In this document: in pieces, positions 10,112 through 20,657 of the stretch | Layout: the number at the start of each line of letters is the position of its first letter | How positions within the stretch are numbered: position 1 is the first letter of the stretch | Assembly: GCA_037444665.1 (NCBI GenBank) | Contig: JBBILZ010000004.1 | Coordinates: forward strand, 1-64,000 | Reading direction: 5' to 3' | From: a candidate division WOR-3 bacterium | GTDB taxonomy: Bacteria; Hydrothermota; Tepidihabitantia; SM23-42; JAOAFX01 | Length of the DNA stretch: 64,000 bases | The notes under the pieces: model-generated | What the model was told of the DNA's origin: nothing | The model's database searches: none | Seen by the model: the letters and a program-made list of their open reading frames with translations, nothing else | Program-made: the position numbers and the translations under genes

Positions 10112-11396
10112 TATTTTTTGCCTGAGCAATCAAAAGCCAACCGGTAAAAGAGAGAATCAGAATTATCGCACCAAATATGACAAATAGATATTTCTTTGAG
10201 ATAAATGTTGTTAGAGAGCCAACAAGCAATGCGCCGATAACAAATGTCAGGTTCAATAGCCAGTCGCGAAAAGAAAAAATTCTTCCCCTCACCTCTTCAT
10301 CAGCATATTGATGTATCAAGGTATCCTGACCAATAAAGATAGGCGACGCAGCAATTCCAACAATGAGTGCAATTAAAACAAACTGGTAAAATGCATTAAT
10401 AAAAGGAAAAGCAAAAAGACCGACACTTATCAGAATAAAGGAATATATAATAAAAATCTTAAGGTCAAGATAGTGTCCCAGAGTTCCAGAGATATATGCA
10501 CCAATTAGTAATCCGATTGCACCGACCGCAGCAAGCACACCAACCCCCCTTGTTCCCCATGACAAATCCTGTTGGATTGTAGGGATTGCAAGGACATATA
10601 TAACGCTACCGGCAATAATCATCAAGAAAATTGTTGCCATTGCAAAGCTGAGATTCTTTTGTTTAACAATATGCTTTATTGCCTGTAGCATCTCTTTTAT
10701 AATTTTGAATATGCCATCGCGAACCATTAACAATAAATTTTGCGGCTTTAAATGCGTAATTTCTTTAGTCTTCTCTTTCAAATTTACTTTCATTATATAT
10801 AACATAATCGCTGAAATTCCAAAGGTAATGGCATCAATAACAAAAGCCACAATCCACCCTGCAATTCCCAGCACATTTTTCCAGAGCGGCCAATCTATGA
10901 TAAGACCACCAGTCGCCATTCCCAAAAATGTTGCACCCCGTCCCACAAGATTAATAATTGAGTTTGCTGTAAGCAATCTCTTCTTTGAAACAAGGTTGGG
11001 AATTATTGCACTGCGTGCCGTATTAAAAAATAATGCAAGCAGAAACATAAAAAATACGATGCCAAAAACAGGATAGATATTCTTTGTATAGATATATACC
11101 AGCGGAAGACTGATGGCACAAATCATCCTGAGAGTATCACAAATCACCATCACCTTTTTCTTATGCCAGCGGTCCACAAGAACCCCTGCTATTGGTCCAA
11201 AGAGCAATACCGGTAGAGTTATAAACAGAGCAAGCTGGGAAAGCAAAAAAGGCGTCCTCTCCTTGGGAAACAATCCAATCAATGCGATCAGGGCTATATA
11301 ATCAAGTTTGTCTCCAAATTGACTGATGGTCTGAGAAAATACGAAGATTGAGAAATTTCTTATTTTAAGGATATTCCAGAATTTAACTGCTCTTAT
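10086..11396 (-). CDS. MFS transporter (probable non-canonical ATA start)
   Basis: AGVLVDRWHKKKVM motif A. The frame stays open upstream of TTG 11282 through FWNILKIRNFSIFVFSQTISQFGDKLDYIAL, a typical MFS TM1. ATA at 11396 follows GAGGTG. Confidence 0.8.
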   Translation of the reverse strand: MRAVKFWNILKIRNFSIFVFSQTISQFGDKLDYIALIALIGLFPKERTPFLLSQLALFITLPVLLFGPIAGVLVDRWHKKKVMVICDTLRMICAISLPLVYIYTKNIYPVFGIVFFMFLLALFFNTARSAIIPNLVSKKRLLTANSIINLVGRGATFLGMATGGLIIDWPLWKNVLGIAGWIVAFVIDAITFGISAIMLYIMKVNLKEKTKEITHLKPQNLLLMVRDGIFKIIKEMLQAIKHIVKQKNLSFAMATIFLMIIAGSVIYVLAIPTIQQDLSWGTRGVGVLAAVGAIGLLIGAYISGTLGHYLDLKIFIIYSFILISVGLFAFPFINAFYQFVLIALIVGIAASPIFIGQDTLIHQYADEEVRGRIFSFRDWLLNLTFVIGALLVGSLTTFISKKYLFVIFGAIILILSFTGWLLIAQAKNNGKGATVS

Positions 11397-12504
11397 GGGA
11401 CACCTCTGTATAAAAATCCAAAACCTTTTTTGCTACAATCTTCCAATCGTATTTTACTGCCTTTTCCCTGCCCATCTTGCCAAATTGCTTCATTAATTCC
11501 GGATGCTTTAATAGATAAATAATCTTTTCTGCAAGGGCATCAGAATTTTCCGGCTCAAAAAATAGACCTTCCACACCATCACTGAGAATTGTTCTGTAAC
11601 CCGGTATATCCGATGCCACAATAGGTTTTCCTGTTGCCATTGCCTCAAGCAGGACAATACCAAAGCTTTCAGCACCAGTTGCAGGTGAACAATAAATGTC
11701 ACAGGAAGCATAGTAATGTGGTAATTGCTCTGGCTCTACAAAACCAACAAATATCACATTCTCTTTAATGTGGTCCTCAATATAACGACGATAATAGTGT
11801 TCTAAAAATCCTTCTCCTACTATAACTAATTTTGCATCGGGAAAATGCTTGACCACCTCAGGGAAAGCCATTAAAAGATATTTTAAGCCTTTGCGTGGTT
11901 CAAATCTGCCAACAAAAAGAATCTTCGGAGAATATTTCTTCAGTTCCTCAACTTCAGGCACATCAGGATGGAATCTTTGGGTATCAATGCCATTTGGTAT
12001 AATGCGGTATTCACCAATGGGGAAATACTTTAAGACACAATCACGTGCAACTGTAGATACCGCAATCATCCCATCAATCCTGCGGAAATACTGTTCAAGC
12101 ACAGGTTCCCACAGAACGTAACCAAAACTATCTTCATAGGCAGAATGAAAAGTGACAAAATTTTTTGCCTTTGAATACTTTATTGCCAGATAAGGGAGCA
12201 CTGGTGCAAGCGCACCATGCAGATGAATGATATCAAATTTCTCTGCTTCAAGGAAATGGCGCACCTGCCACGGTAAAGTTAGACCAAAACTCATTACTGA
12301 AAATGAACGATTCTTTGGAAATTTGATTGCCCTGCCCATGCGTATAATTCTCTCATCCACATAAGGATAATTTTTACCAAATGATGGTGCAAGAATCTTC
12401 GTTTGATGACCCATCCGGTTCAAGTTTTTCCAGAGATGTAGTATGTGTTCTGAAATTCCTCCAGTGTGGGGATAAAAAATATCAGAAACAAGTAGTATCT
12501 TCAA
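11383..12504 (-). CDS. GT4 glycosyltransferase, PimA-like
   Basis: [37 protein letters not shown]. Confidence 0.85.
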   Translation of the reverse strand: MKILLVSDIFYPHTGGISEHILHLWKNLNRMGHQTKILAPSFGKNYPYVDERIIRMGRAIKFPKNRSFSVMSFGLTLPWQVRHFLEAEKFDIIHLHGALAPVLPYLAIKYSKAKNFVTFHSAYEDSFGYVLWEPVLEQYFRRIDGMIAVSTVARDCVLKYFPIGEYRIIPNGIDTQRFHPDVPEVEELKKYSPKILFVGRFEPRKGLKYLLMAFPEVVKHFPDAKLVIVGEGFLEHYYRRYIEDHIKENVIFVGFVEPEQLPHYYASCDIYCSPATGAESFGIVLLEAMATGKPIVASDIPGYRTILSDGVEGLFFEPENSDALAEKIIYLLKHPELMKQFGKMGREKAVKYDWKIVAKKVLDFYTEVSHKSS

Positions 12505-12980
12505 TCAACACCTCCAGTATGACCAAAACCGCCACCACCTCGTGCGGTTTTGTTCAAGTGTGCAACCTTTTTAAAACTAACTTTTACAACACGACTGAAG
12601 ACCATCTGAGCAATTCTATCACCCCTTTTTATACGCACACAATTTTTCCCATAATTGAATAAAATTACTTTTATCTCACCACGATAATCAGCATCTATTG
12701 TGCCTGGTGCATTCAGTATACCAATGCCATACTTTGATGCTAAACCACTACGCGGTCTGACCTGTGCCTCATATCCTTCTGGTAATTCAATACTGATTCC
12801 GGTAGGCACCATACAAAATTCATTCGGCTTTAATGTGATTGTTTTTTCTATATCTGCACAAAGGTCGCAGCCTGCTGAATGCGGAGTCTGATACTCAGGA
12901 ATAAAAGTCCCTTTTATTTTAACCATCAATTTTTCAGCTTTTCTATTTTCAGATATTTTGGATTTCCGAAGTTTAGACAT
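12501..12980 (-). CDS. dut: dUTP diphosphatase
   Basis: [36 protein letters not shown]; start ATG 12980 or 12926. Confidence 0.95.
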   Translation of the reverse strand: MSKLRKSKISENRKAEKLMVKIKGTFIPEYQTPHSAGCDLCADIEKTITLKPNEFCMVPTGISIELPEGYEAQVRPRSGLASKYGIGILNAPGTIDADYRGEIKVILFNYGKNCVRIKRGDRIAQMVFSRVVKVSFKKVAHLNKTARGGGGFGHTGGVD

Positions 12981-12988
12981 CTTTATCT

Positions 12989-13834
12989 TCACTCCATCCA
13001 TTCCGGATGAAAAACGAACCACTGGTCAGGGTACTGACCAATAATGGATTCAAACCTTTTTATTATATGGGTATTAAATTCGTCTTCGCTTTTAAATATA
13101 TTGACTGATTCAATAACGCCCAAATAACGTTTGTCATAACCTTTCTTATTTAAAAGAACCATATAGCCAATGACCACAGGTATCTTCCTCTTCACAATGA
13201 TTCCTGCCAGATTTATGGGAAAACTCCTTTTTCCTGAAAAAAAATTCATCACGGTTCCCTGTTTTGTTATATCTCGGTCTGCAAGTACTGCAAGCACCCG
13301 ATTATTTTTGATTGTATCAAGAATAGCATAACTTGACCGAGAGACCGGAAATGTTCTTAATCCAGTTGCCTCCCTGTGTTTTGTATATAACTCAAACATT
13401 TCATGCTCAGTTTCTTCAACCAGCGCATTTATCGGATAGCCACATGCAGCAAGATAACTTCCAGCATAATCCCAATTACCAATGTGCAGGGTAATTAAAA
13501 TACAACCATTTCCATATTTCAATGCAGTATCCAGATTTTCTAATCCCCGGGCAACAACATCTTTTATAACCTCAGTTTTTCTTAAAAATCCCAACCGGAA
13601 AAAATCAATCATACACCGAGCAAAATTCTCAAATGTGCGGCGGCAAAGATAAGAGTGCATTTCCTGATGTCCTGGGATAATATAATAAAGATTTCGCAGG
13701 ATATAACCTCTTTTCTTTTTAAGAAAAAAATAACATAGACCACCGATAATGCGCGCAATCCTGTCCGTCACACTGAACGGAAGTATCTTCACCAATGCTA
13801 TTCCGCATTTTTGTAATTTAACCGCAATATTCAC
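12989..13834 (-). CDS. lysophospholipid/lipid A-type acyltransferase (PatA/HtrB family)
   Basis: [24 protein letters not shown]. Confidence 0.85.
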   Translation of the reverse strand: MNIAVKLQKCGIALVKILPFSVTDRIARIIGGLCYFFLKKKRGYILRNLYYIIPGHQEMHSYLCRRTFENFARCMIDFFRLGFLRKTEVIKDVVARGLENLDTALKYGNGCILITLHIGNWDYAGSYLAACGYPINALVEETEHEMFELYTKHREATGLRTFPVSRSSYAILDTIKNNRVLAVLADRDITKQGTVMNFFSGKRSFPINLAGIIVKRKIPVVIGYMVLLNKKGYDKRYLGVIESVNIFKSEDEFNTHIIKRFESIIGQYPDQWFVFHPEWME

Positions 13835-13846
13835 TACGTAAATTTT

Positions 13847-15058
13847 TTAATCTTTATATTGTTCTAACGCGATTGCAAGCACAGAGATAGCTTTTCTGAT
13901 ATCTTCTTCCTTAAGCACATAAGCAATTCTTATCTGATTTTTGCCTTTTTTTAATGTAGAATAAAAACCATTTGCAGGTGCAAGCATAACAGTGCTATTT
14001 TCGTAGCTGAAATCGGTCAAGAGCCACTGACAGAAACGGTCAGCATCCTTTACCGGTAAACTCAGCACAGTATAAAACGCACCCTCTGGCCTATTGCCAT
14101 AAACCTCAGGAATCTTTTTTAAACATTCAAATAGAACATTACGCCGATGCTCATATTCTTTAATCATCGGCGTAATATATTTGTTAATATGCTTATATGC
14201 TGCAATAGCGCCAACCTGTTCAAGAGTAGGAGGGCACAATCTTGCTTGACAGAATCTTATTAGCGCATCCATAAGCTCTTTATTACGACTGATGATACAA
14301 CCTACCCGTGCACCACAGGCGGAAAATCTTTTTGATATTGAATCCATTAGAATTATGCGGTCTTCTATCTCGGGTAAGGATAGAGCACTGATATGGGTTT
14401 TGCCATCATAGATAAATTCACGGTATACCTCATCAGATAGAATAAAAAGATTATACTTTTTAGCAAGTCGCTGCAGGATAAACATCTCTTCTTCAGTAAG
14501 CACAGTGCCCGTAGGGTTATTAGGGGTATTGATTAAGACTGCTCTTGTCCGACTGGTTATTCTTTTTTCTATGTCCGATACCGGGGGAAGATGAAATCCA
14601 TTTTCAATCTTTGTTTCTATTGCAACCAGTTTTACATTTGACATTGTTGCCAGACCATTATAATTCGTATAGTATGGCTCAAACACAATGATTTCATCTC
14701 TTGGGTCACAAACCACCATCATTGCAAAAATTATCGCTTCACTACCGCCAATAGTTATCCAGATATTATCCAGGTCCAGATTAAAACCAAGATTCCGATA
14801 ATAATCAAGCACAGCAAGCCGCAGGTCAAGAAGTCCACCTGAAGGACCGTAGCCAAGAACCTTTTCTCTATATTGTGCAATTGATTCAAAAATTTCTGCT
14901 GGTGTTTCTATATCTGGTTGCCCAATATTTAGATGAAAAACCTTTACTCCCCTTTTTTTTGCCTCGTCAGCAAATGAAGATAGTTTTCTGATTGGCGAAT
15001 AGGGCATGCGGTCTGCCCTTTTTGACAGATAATGTCCATTTATGTTATTTTTATCCAT
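13847..15058 (-). CDS. class I/II PLP-dependent aminotransferase
   Basis: LNIGQPD, PNNPTG, SDEVYREF, SISKRFSACGARVG; start placed at ATG 15058 just after TTGACT-16-TATAAT. Confidence 0.9.
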   Translation of the reverse strand: MDKNNINGHYLSKRADRMPYSPIRKLSSFADEAKKRGVKVFHLNIGQPDIETPAEIFESIAQYREKVLGYGPSGGLLDLRLAVLDYYRNLGFNLDLDNIWITIGGSEAIIFAMMVVCDPRDEIIVFEPYYTNYNGLATMSNVKLVAIETKIENGFHLPPVSDIEKRITSRTRAVLINTPNNPTGTVLTEEEMFILQRLAKKYNLFILSDEVYREFIYDGKTHISALSLPEIEDRIILMDSISKRFSACGARVGCIISRNKELMDALIRFCQARLCPPTLEQVGAIAAYKHINKYITPMIKEYEHRRNVLFECLKKIPEVYGNRPEGAFYTVLSLPVKDADRFCQWLLTDFSYENSTVMLAPANGFYSTLKKGKNQIRIAYVLKEEDIRKAISVLAIALEQYKD

Positions 15059-15162
15059 AATAGAATTATATTCAACAAGGTGCAAAAGTCAATTATTTTG
15101 GAAATAGCACCTTGACATTCAGAAAAATTTTTGTATAATTTACTAAAAAAATAATTGCAAAT

Positions 15163-16533
15163 ATGAAAAACAAGAAATCCATTAATTTTCTGCCGGCAAA
15201 ATTTTTGGATAAAATTGATAAATTGAAGAATAGAATTGATGAACTCCAGAATGCGCTGAGCCGGTATCAAGAAATAAACAAGGCGGTTTTTGAACATTCG
15301 CCTGTAGGAATTACAATTCGGCGTGGCACTGGAGAACTGGTCTCATTTAATAAATCCTGGAAGAAAATATGGAATTTAACATATCGGCAAATTGTTGAAA
15401 ATGAAAGAGAATGCAGAAACTGGAAGGTCCACCAGCGCTATCCTTTTCTTAAAGATGCGATTCCCGCGGTTCAGAATATTTTTGATAAAGGTGGAGAAAT
15501 ATTTTTACCTGAAATACATGTTGTTGACCAGAATACAAATTTTGACAAGTGGATTTCCCAGCATTACTACGCAATTAAAAATATTCAAGGTAAGGTAGAA
15601 CATGTTGTAACCATTACTCAGGATATAACTGAACAAAAACATACACTTAGTGCACTCCAGGAGAGTGAAGAAAAATTTAGAACGATTGTTAACAATGTAA
15701 ACCTTGGGGTTTACCGTTCTACTGGTGCATCCCCAGGACATTTTTTGCAAGTTAATCCAGCATTTGCCCGAATGTTTGGTTATAATTCAATCAAAAAATT
15801 GTTAAGGGCACCCGTAGAAAAATTCTATAAAAATCCCCGGGAGCGTATCCAGTTTCTCAGAGATGTTTCTATTAATGGAGAAGTACAAAATAGAAAAATA
15901 GAGTTAAAACGATGTGACGGCTCTGTATTCTGGGCGTCCATATATGCCAAGGCACATTTTGATGAAAATGGCACTCTTAAATGGATAGATGGTGTGATTG
16001 AAGATATTACTGAACAAAAAATTATGGAAGAAAGACTGCACGCCCTTTCATTAACTGATGAACTCACCGGACTCTATAACCGTAGGGGATTTTTGACCCT
16101 TGCTGAACATCAATTAAAGATTGCTCATCGCACAAAAAAATCTATCCTTTTACTTTTTATGGATATGGATAATCTTAAAGATATCAATGACGAATTCGGT
16201 CACACAATGGGTGACCAGGCATTGATTAACACAACAAAAATTCTCAAAAAGGCATTCAGAGAATCTGATATCATTGCCCGTATTGGCGGAGATGAATTTG
16301 TCGTCCTGACCCTGGAGATTAAAAAAACAAGTGGTAGTGCATTTTATGACCGTCTGAAACAAAACCTTGATAAATTTAATAAAATATCCCATCTTCCTTT
16401 TAAAATATCCCTGAGTGTTGGCTGGTCATACTATGAGCCAACAAGACCGCGCTCCATCACACTTCTATTAAAACAGGCTGACCGTATGATGTATTTGCAT
16501 AAGCAGAAAAAGAAAAAAACTAAATTAAAATAA
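15163..16533 (+). CDS. PAS-PAS-GGDEF diguanylate cyclase
   Basis: Two PAS/PAC segments (QDITEQK, EDITEQK); DELTGLYNRR; RIGGDEF with upstream RESD I-site. Confidence 0.92.
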   Translation: MKNKKSINFLPAKFLDKIDKLKNRIDELQNALSRYQEINKAVFEHSPVGITIRRGTGELVSFNKSWKKIWNLTYRQIVENERECRNWKVHQRYPFLKDAIPAVQNIFDKGGEIFLPEIHVVDQNTNFDKWISQHYYAIKNIQGKVEHVVTITQDITEQKHTLSALQESEEKFRTIVNNVNLGVYRSTGASPGHFLQVNPAFARMFGYNSIKKLLRAPVEKFYKNPRERIQFLRDVSINGEVQNRKIELKRCDGSVFWASIYAKAHFDENGTLKWIDGVIEDITEQKIMEERLHALSLTDELTGLYNRRGFLTLAEHQLKIAHRTKKSILLLFMDMDNLKDINDEFGHTMGDQALINTTKILKKAFRESDIIARIGGDEFVVLTLEIKKTSGSAFYDRLKQNLDKFNKISHLPFKISLSVGWSYYEPTRPRSITLLLKQADRMMYLHKQKKKKTKLK

Positions 16534-16572
16534 ATGACCTGGAAAATTTTTTTAAATAAAAAAGGAGGTAAT

Positions 16573-18774
16573 ATGAATTTATTTGCAGGGCTCTTTTTAA
16601 TAACAGCAATAGGATTTTCCAGTCCATTAAAAATGGTAAGAAACTTACAAAAATATTATTTTAAACACGAGTATGTGCATTCTGCAGTAAAATCAGAGAG
16701 TCCATGGAACTGGAATCTTATTGATCTGCCCGGTGGCGAAATTTTGGGTACATTCAGCCATCCCGGTGCAACAAATTTAGCATTTGCATATTCATTCCGT
16801 GATGTATGGCGCACAACCGATGGTGGTGCAAACTGGGAACTATCCTTAGAAAATTGTATGCCACAAGGCGGTATTATGTCCACTCCAACACGCGGCATGG
16901 TTGTTGATGGTGGTGGTGTTATCTGGGTCACACTAAATGGTGGTAGTGATTGGGCAGAAGTTTTATATACAAACAACTTCCAAACTGCGAGTTTTGATAT
17001 CCCTGACACTGTAATCTATCTTGTGGATAGCACTCCACCAAGGCTTCTACGAAGCACAAATTCAGGCCTATCCTGGCAAATCCTTGGCACCTTTGATAAT
17101 CTTTATAGTGTGGACCAGGTCGTCCACATTCCAAGTTCACCAAATGTATTCTGGCTTTTGGGTCACACAATACCTAATGATACCCTCACATATATATATT
17201 ATTCACCTGCCAGTGCATTTGTTGATACAATTTCTGCCGGTGAAGTTCTTGATTTCCAGCCCAATCCTTATAATCCTAACCACACACTTATTGCTACGTA
17301 TAATGGAATGTATCAGGCATTATCTCCCACTGGGCCATGGGCAATGTTAAATGAACCGCTGGTATTTGGACTGTTCCAGCCTGTAGATATTGAATTTACA
17401 GGCAATGATTCAATTGTGGTCACAAGTTTTCTCAATCCAGGAATTTTCAAAGGACAGAGACAATATAATGTGTGGTTGTTCTCTTATGTAGAATCGCGTG
17501 AGATTGCCACTTATATGAGCTTTGGTGGAACCACCACACTTTATGCCGGATGCCTGGGTAAGGGAGTATATAAATCTACAAACGATGGTGCATCCTGGAC
17601 GCTCCAGCGAAATAACCTTTATGCCCATACACTTATCAGTCCAGGTAGCGTGAGTTATCCTTCTGTTGATACTATCTTTTATTGTATTGGACTTGGCGGA
17701 ATTATCTATCGTATCAGAAATCTTGGTTCTTCCTATGATACACTGAAGAATTTTTTGATAATGGGTTCTGCTATTGAATCTGCTCCAACCAATCCCAATT
17801 TTCTTATTGCCTCCTGCACTGATTTACAGATTTCTGGAACGACGTTCAGTATGGGCACAATATTCACATCCACTGATGGCGGAGCAAACTGGACAAAGGT
17901 TGATTCTAACTATTTACCCACCGACTTTCTAATCACCAGCAACCCCAACATCATTATTGGGCTCTGCGATACATTTCTTATCCGTTCCACGACCGGTGGC
18001 ACCAATTTCACACCGGTCTTTGCAAAACCTGTAACGCTCTCTAACCTTGCTGGTCTTGATACAATTTTTATTGCGACAGAAGATTCAGTCTTTGTCAGTT
18101 ATAATCAAGGTGCAACCTGGCAGTTTCTTACCATTGATCCGGGTGGAGATTATACAGATGAAATTTCTTACGATAATACCCGCAAGATTCTATATCTGAC
18201 AGATGTCCCAATTTACCGATACAATCTGTTGAGCGGTGTTTTAGATAGTATAATGTTCAATGGGTATACCAATTTTGTAACTGATGTAGCACCAAATGGC
18301 TATCTATATTTCCTTTATCATGGTGGTGATACTGCTTACATTGCCCGTTCCTTTGATGCCGGGAATACGATTGAACAAGAACCATTTCCCATCCCCCATC
18401 AATTTGGTGGTTTACTTGCTTGCGATGGAGCACTATTCTATTATGAAGGAGCAAGAAGATTCTGGGTAAGTACAGATATTACCCACCATATTGATGAACT
18501 ACAAAAGAATAAACCTGATGCGCTTTTTCCCATCTCAACAATCATCAAAAAAGGAGCAAATATCAAAATAAAAACAGAGTCCACACAATGGCGAAACTAT
18601 TCAATCAAATTCTATGACATTTCAGGACGGCTTGCAAAAGATGTTAATCCAGAAGAAATATTATGGGGGACTGACTACCTTGAATTCAGCACAGATGGTC
18701 TTAGAACAGGTGTCTACTTTTTGATGTTTAACAATCAACAAACGGCAGGCATAAAAAAATTGATTATATATTAA
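16573..18774 (+). CDS. secreted BNR/WD40-like repeat protein with T9SS-like C-terminal domain
   Basis: RBS ggagg before ATG 16573; repeated STDGGANW Asp-boxes; C-terminal FYDISGRL..LRTGVYFL..KKLIIY. Confidence 0.75.
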   Translation: MNLFAGLFLITAIGFSSPLKMVRNLQKYYFKHEYVHSAVKSESPWNWNLIDLPGGEILGTFSHPGATNLAFAYSFRDVWRTTDGGANWELSLENCMPQGGIMSTPTRGMVVDGGGVIWVTLNGGSDWAEVLYTNNFQTASFDIPDTVIYLVDSTPPRLLRSTNSGLSWQILGTFDNLYSVDQVVHIPSSPNVFWLLGHTIPNDTLTYIYYSPASAFVDTISAGEVLDFQPNPYNPNHTLIATYNGMYQALSPTGPWAMLNEPLVFGLFQPVDIEFTGNDSIVVTSFLNPGIFKGQRQYNVWLFSYVESREIATYMSFGGTTTLYAGCLGKGVYKSTNDGASWTLQRNNLYAHTLISPGSVSYPSVDTIFYCIGLGGIIYRIRNLGSSYDTLKNFLIMGSAIESAPTNPNFLIASCTDLQISGTTFSMGTIFTSTDGGANWTKVDSNYLPTDFLITSNPNIIIGLCDTFLIRSTTGGTNFTPVFAKPVTLSNLAGLDTIFIATEDSVFVSYNQGATWQFLTIDPGGDYTDEISYDNTRKILYLTDVPIYRYNLLSGVLDSIMFNGYTNFVTDVAPNGYLYFLYHGGDTAYIARSFDAGNTIEQEPFPIPHQFGGLLACDGALFYYEGARRFWVSTDITHHIDELQKNKPDALFPISTIIKKGANIKIKTESTQWRNYSIKFYDISGRLAKDVNPEEILWGTDYLEFSTDGLRTGVYFLMFNNQQTAGIKKLIIY

Positions 18775-18826
18775 AACAGCCTTGTAGTATATAAGCACAA
18801 ACGGAATATTAAAGCAACTGCTGTTA

Positions 18827-18854
18827 TTGACTTTACCAATAGAATAAATATAAT
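18827..18854 (+). promoter_or_regulatory. sigma70-type promoter (leaderless candidate)
   Basis: TTGACT(18827-18832)-16-TATAAT(18849-18854); ATG at 18860. Confidence 0.6.
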
Positions 18855-18859
18855 TCTTT

Positions 18860-19777
18860 ATGAAAATTCTTGTTACTGGTGGTGCAGGATTTATCGGTTC
18901 CCATATTGTAGATGCATATATTAAACAGGGGCATAGTGTTGTAATCATTGATGACCTTTCAACCGGAGATATCAAAAATGTAAATCCAGATGCAACCTTT
19001 ATTAAAGATGATATAAAAAATCCAGAACTGGAGCAGGTGTTTCGCAAATTTGAGTTTGATGTGGTAAATCATCATGCTGCACAGATCAATGTGCGCCGTT
19101 CTCTTGATGACCCACTTTTTGACGCAGAAGTCAACATAATTGGCTCATTGAATCTCCTTAATCTTTCAGCAAAGTACAGGGTAAAAAAATTTATCTTTTC
19201 CTCAAGCGGAGGTGCAATCTATGGTGAGCCTGATAATTACCCTATTACGGAAGATTTTCCAATTGAACCACTTTCTCCATATGGCGTTGCTAAATTTACT
19301 GTTGAGAATTATATTAAAGTTTTTGCGAAATTATACAACTTTGATTATGTTATTCTCCGCTACAGCAATGTTTATGGCCCAAGGCAGATTTCTAAAAGTG
19401 AAGCAGGCGTGATATCCATCTTTATCAATCAGATACTTGAAAATAAAGAGTGTTTTGTTAACGGTGATGGCGAACAAACAAGGGATTATGTATATGTGGG
19501 TGATGTAGTTAGAGCAAATTTGCTTGCTTTAGATGCCCAATCAGATTTTTTCAATATTGGTACCGGCATTGAAACGAGTGTTAATAAACTCCTTGATGTG
19601 TTGTCCAAAATACTAAATAGAGAAATACCCCACCAACACCGTGCACCTATTCCAGGGGAAGTTTTAAAAAATGTCCTGAGCTTCTCCAAGGCAAAAAATA
19701 TTCTCGGCTGGGCACCAGAAGTTCCTTTAATAAAAGGCATTGAACTGACTTATCAATTTTTTAATAATGAAAAATAA
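18860..19777 (+). CDS. NAD-dependent epimerase/dehydratase (UDP-glucose 4-epimerase-like)
   Basis: GGAGFIG, SSGGAIYG, YGVAK, NVYGPRQ. Confidence 0.9.
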   Translation: MKILVTGGAGFIGSHIVDAYIKQGHSVVIIDDLSTGDIKNVNPDATFIKDDIKNPELEQVFRKFEFDVVNHHAAQINVRRSLDDPLFDAEVNIIGSLNLLNLSAKYRVKKFIFSSSGGAIYGEPDNYPITEDFPIEPLSPYGVAKFTVENYIKVFAKLYNFDYVILRYSNVYGPRQISKSEAGVISIFINQILENKECFVNGDGEQTRDYVYVGDVVRANLLALDAQSDFFNIGTGIETSVNKLLDVLSKILNREIPHQHRAPIPGEVLKNVLSFSKAKNILGWAPEVPLIKGIELTYQFFNNEK

Positions 19778-20657
19778 GGCAAGGTATCTTGACCATAAGG
19801 TCATTGCCCGTTTAGCCAGGCTTGACCTCAAGGCAAGACTTGTTGTTGAAGGATTTTTAACCGGACTACACCATAGCCCTTATAAAGGTTTCTCTCAGGA
19901 ATTTACTGATTACCGTCCCTATATTCCGGGTGATGAATTAAAGTGCATTGACTGGAAAGTTTACGCACGACGCGATCGCTTTTATATAAAAGAATATCAG
20001 GAAGAAACCAATCTGCGCGCCTATATCCTTCTTGACAAAAGTGGCTCAATGGGCTATGGGAAAAACATTACTAAACTTGAATACGCAAAATTTTTGAGTG
20101 CCTGCCTTGCCTATTTATTGTTCAAACAAAGGGATGGTGTGGGAATAATGACATTTGACACAAAAATAAATGATTTCATACCACCGTCAGCAAAAAAAAT
20201 TAATTTCACAAGGATTATTGAAGCAATTGACCATATAACCCCCGGCAGGGAAACATCACTTGCTCAGGTTTTGTTTGAACTCGGACAAAAGATAAAACGT
20301 AGGGCACTTGTAATACTTATTTCTGATTTATTTGATGAACCGGCTCTGGTTTTGAAATCGCTCAAATCTTTCCATGCCCGTAAACATGAAATCGTCGTGT
20401 TCCAGATAATTGATGCGCAAGAATTATCATTTCCATTTATTGAAACAGCACTCTTCCAGGATATGGAAACAAATGAGCATATTGTGCTTGACCCCATTGC
20501 AATCCGCAATGCCTATCAGAAAAAATTTAAAGATTTTTTAAATAATTACCGACGCAACCTGAATGAAGCCCGGATTGATTATGAATTAATAAACACCGAA
20601 CAAACATTTGAAAGGGCATTGTTTACATATTTAGAGAAAAGAGCAAAGTTGTTATGA
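19767..20657 (+). CDS. DUF58 domain protein
   Basis: GLHHSPYKGFSQEFTDYRPYIPGDELKCIDWKV, LDKSGSM. Confidence 0.9.
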   Translation: MKNKARYLDHKVIARLARLDLKARLVVEGFLTGLHHSPYKGFSQEFTDYRPYIPGDELKCIDWKVYARRDRFYIKEYQEETNLRAYILLDKSGSMGYGKNITKLEYAKFLSACLAYLLFKQRDGVGIMTFDTKINDFIPPSAKKINFTRIIEAIDHITPGRETSLAQVLFELGQKIKRRALVILISDLFDEPALVLKSLKSFHARKHEIVVFQIIDAQELSFPFIETALFQDMETNEHIVLDPIAIRNAYQKKFKDFLNNYRRNLNEARIDYELINTEQTFERALFTYLEKRAKLL

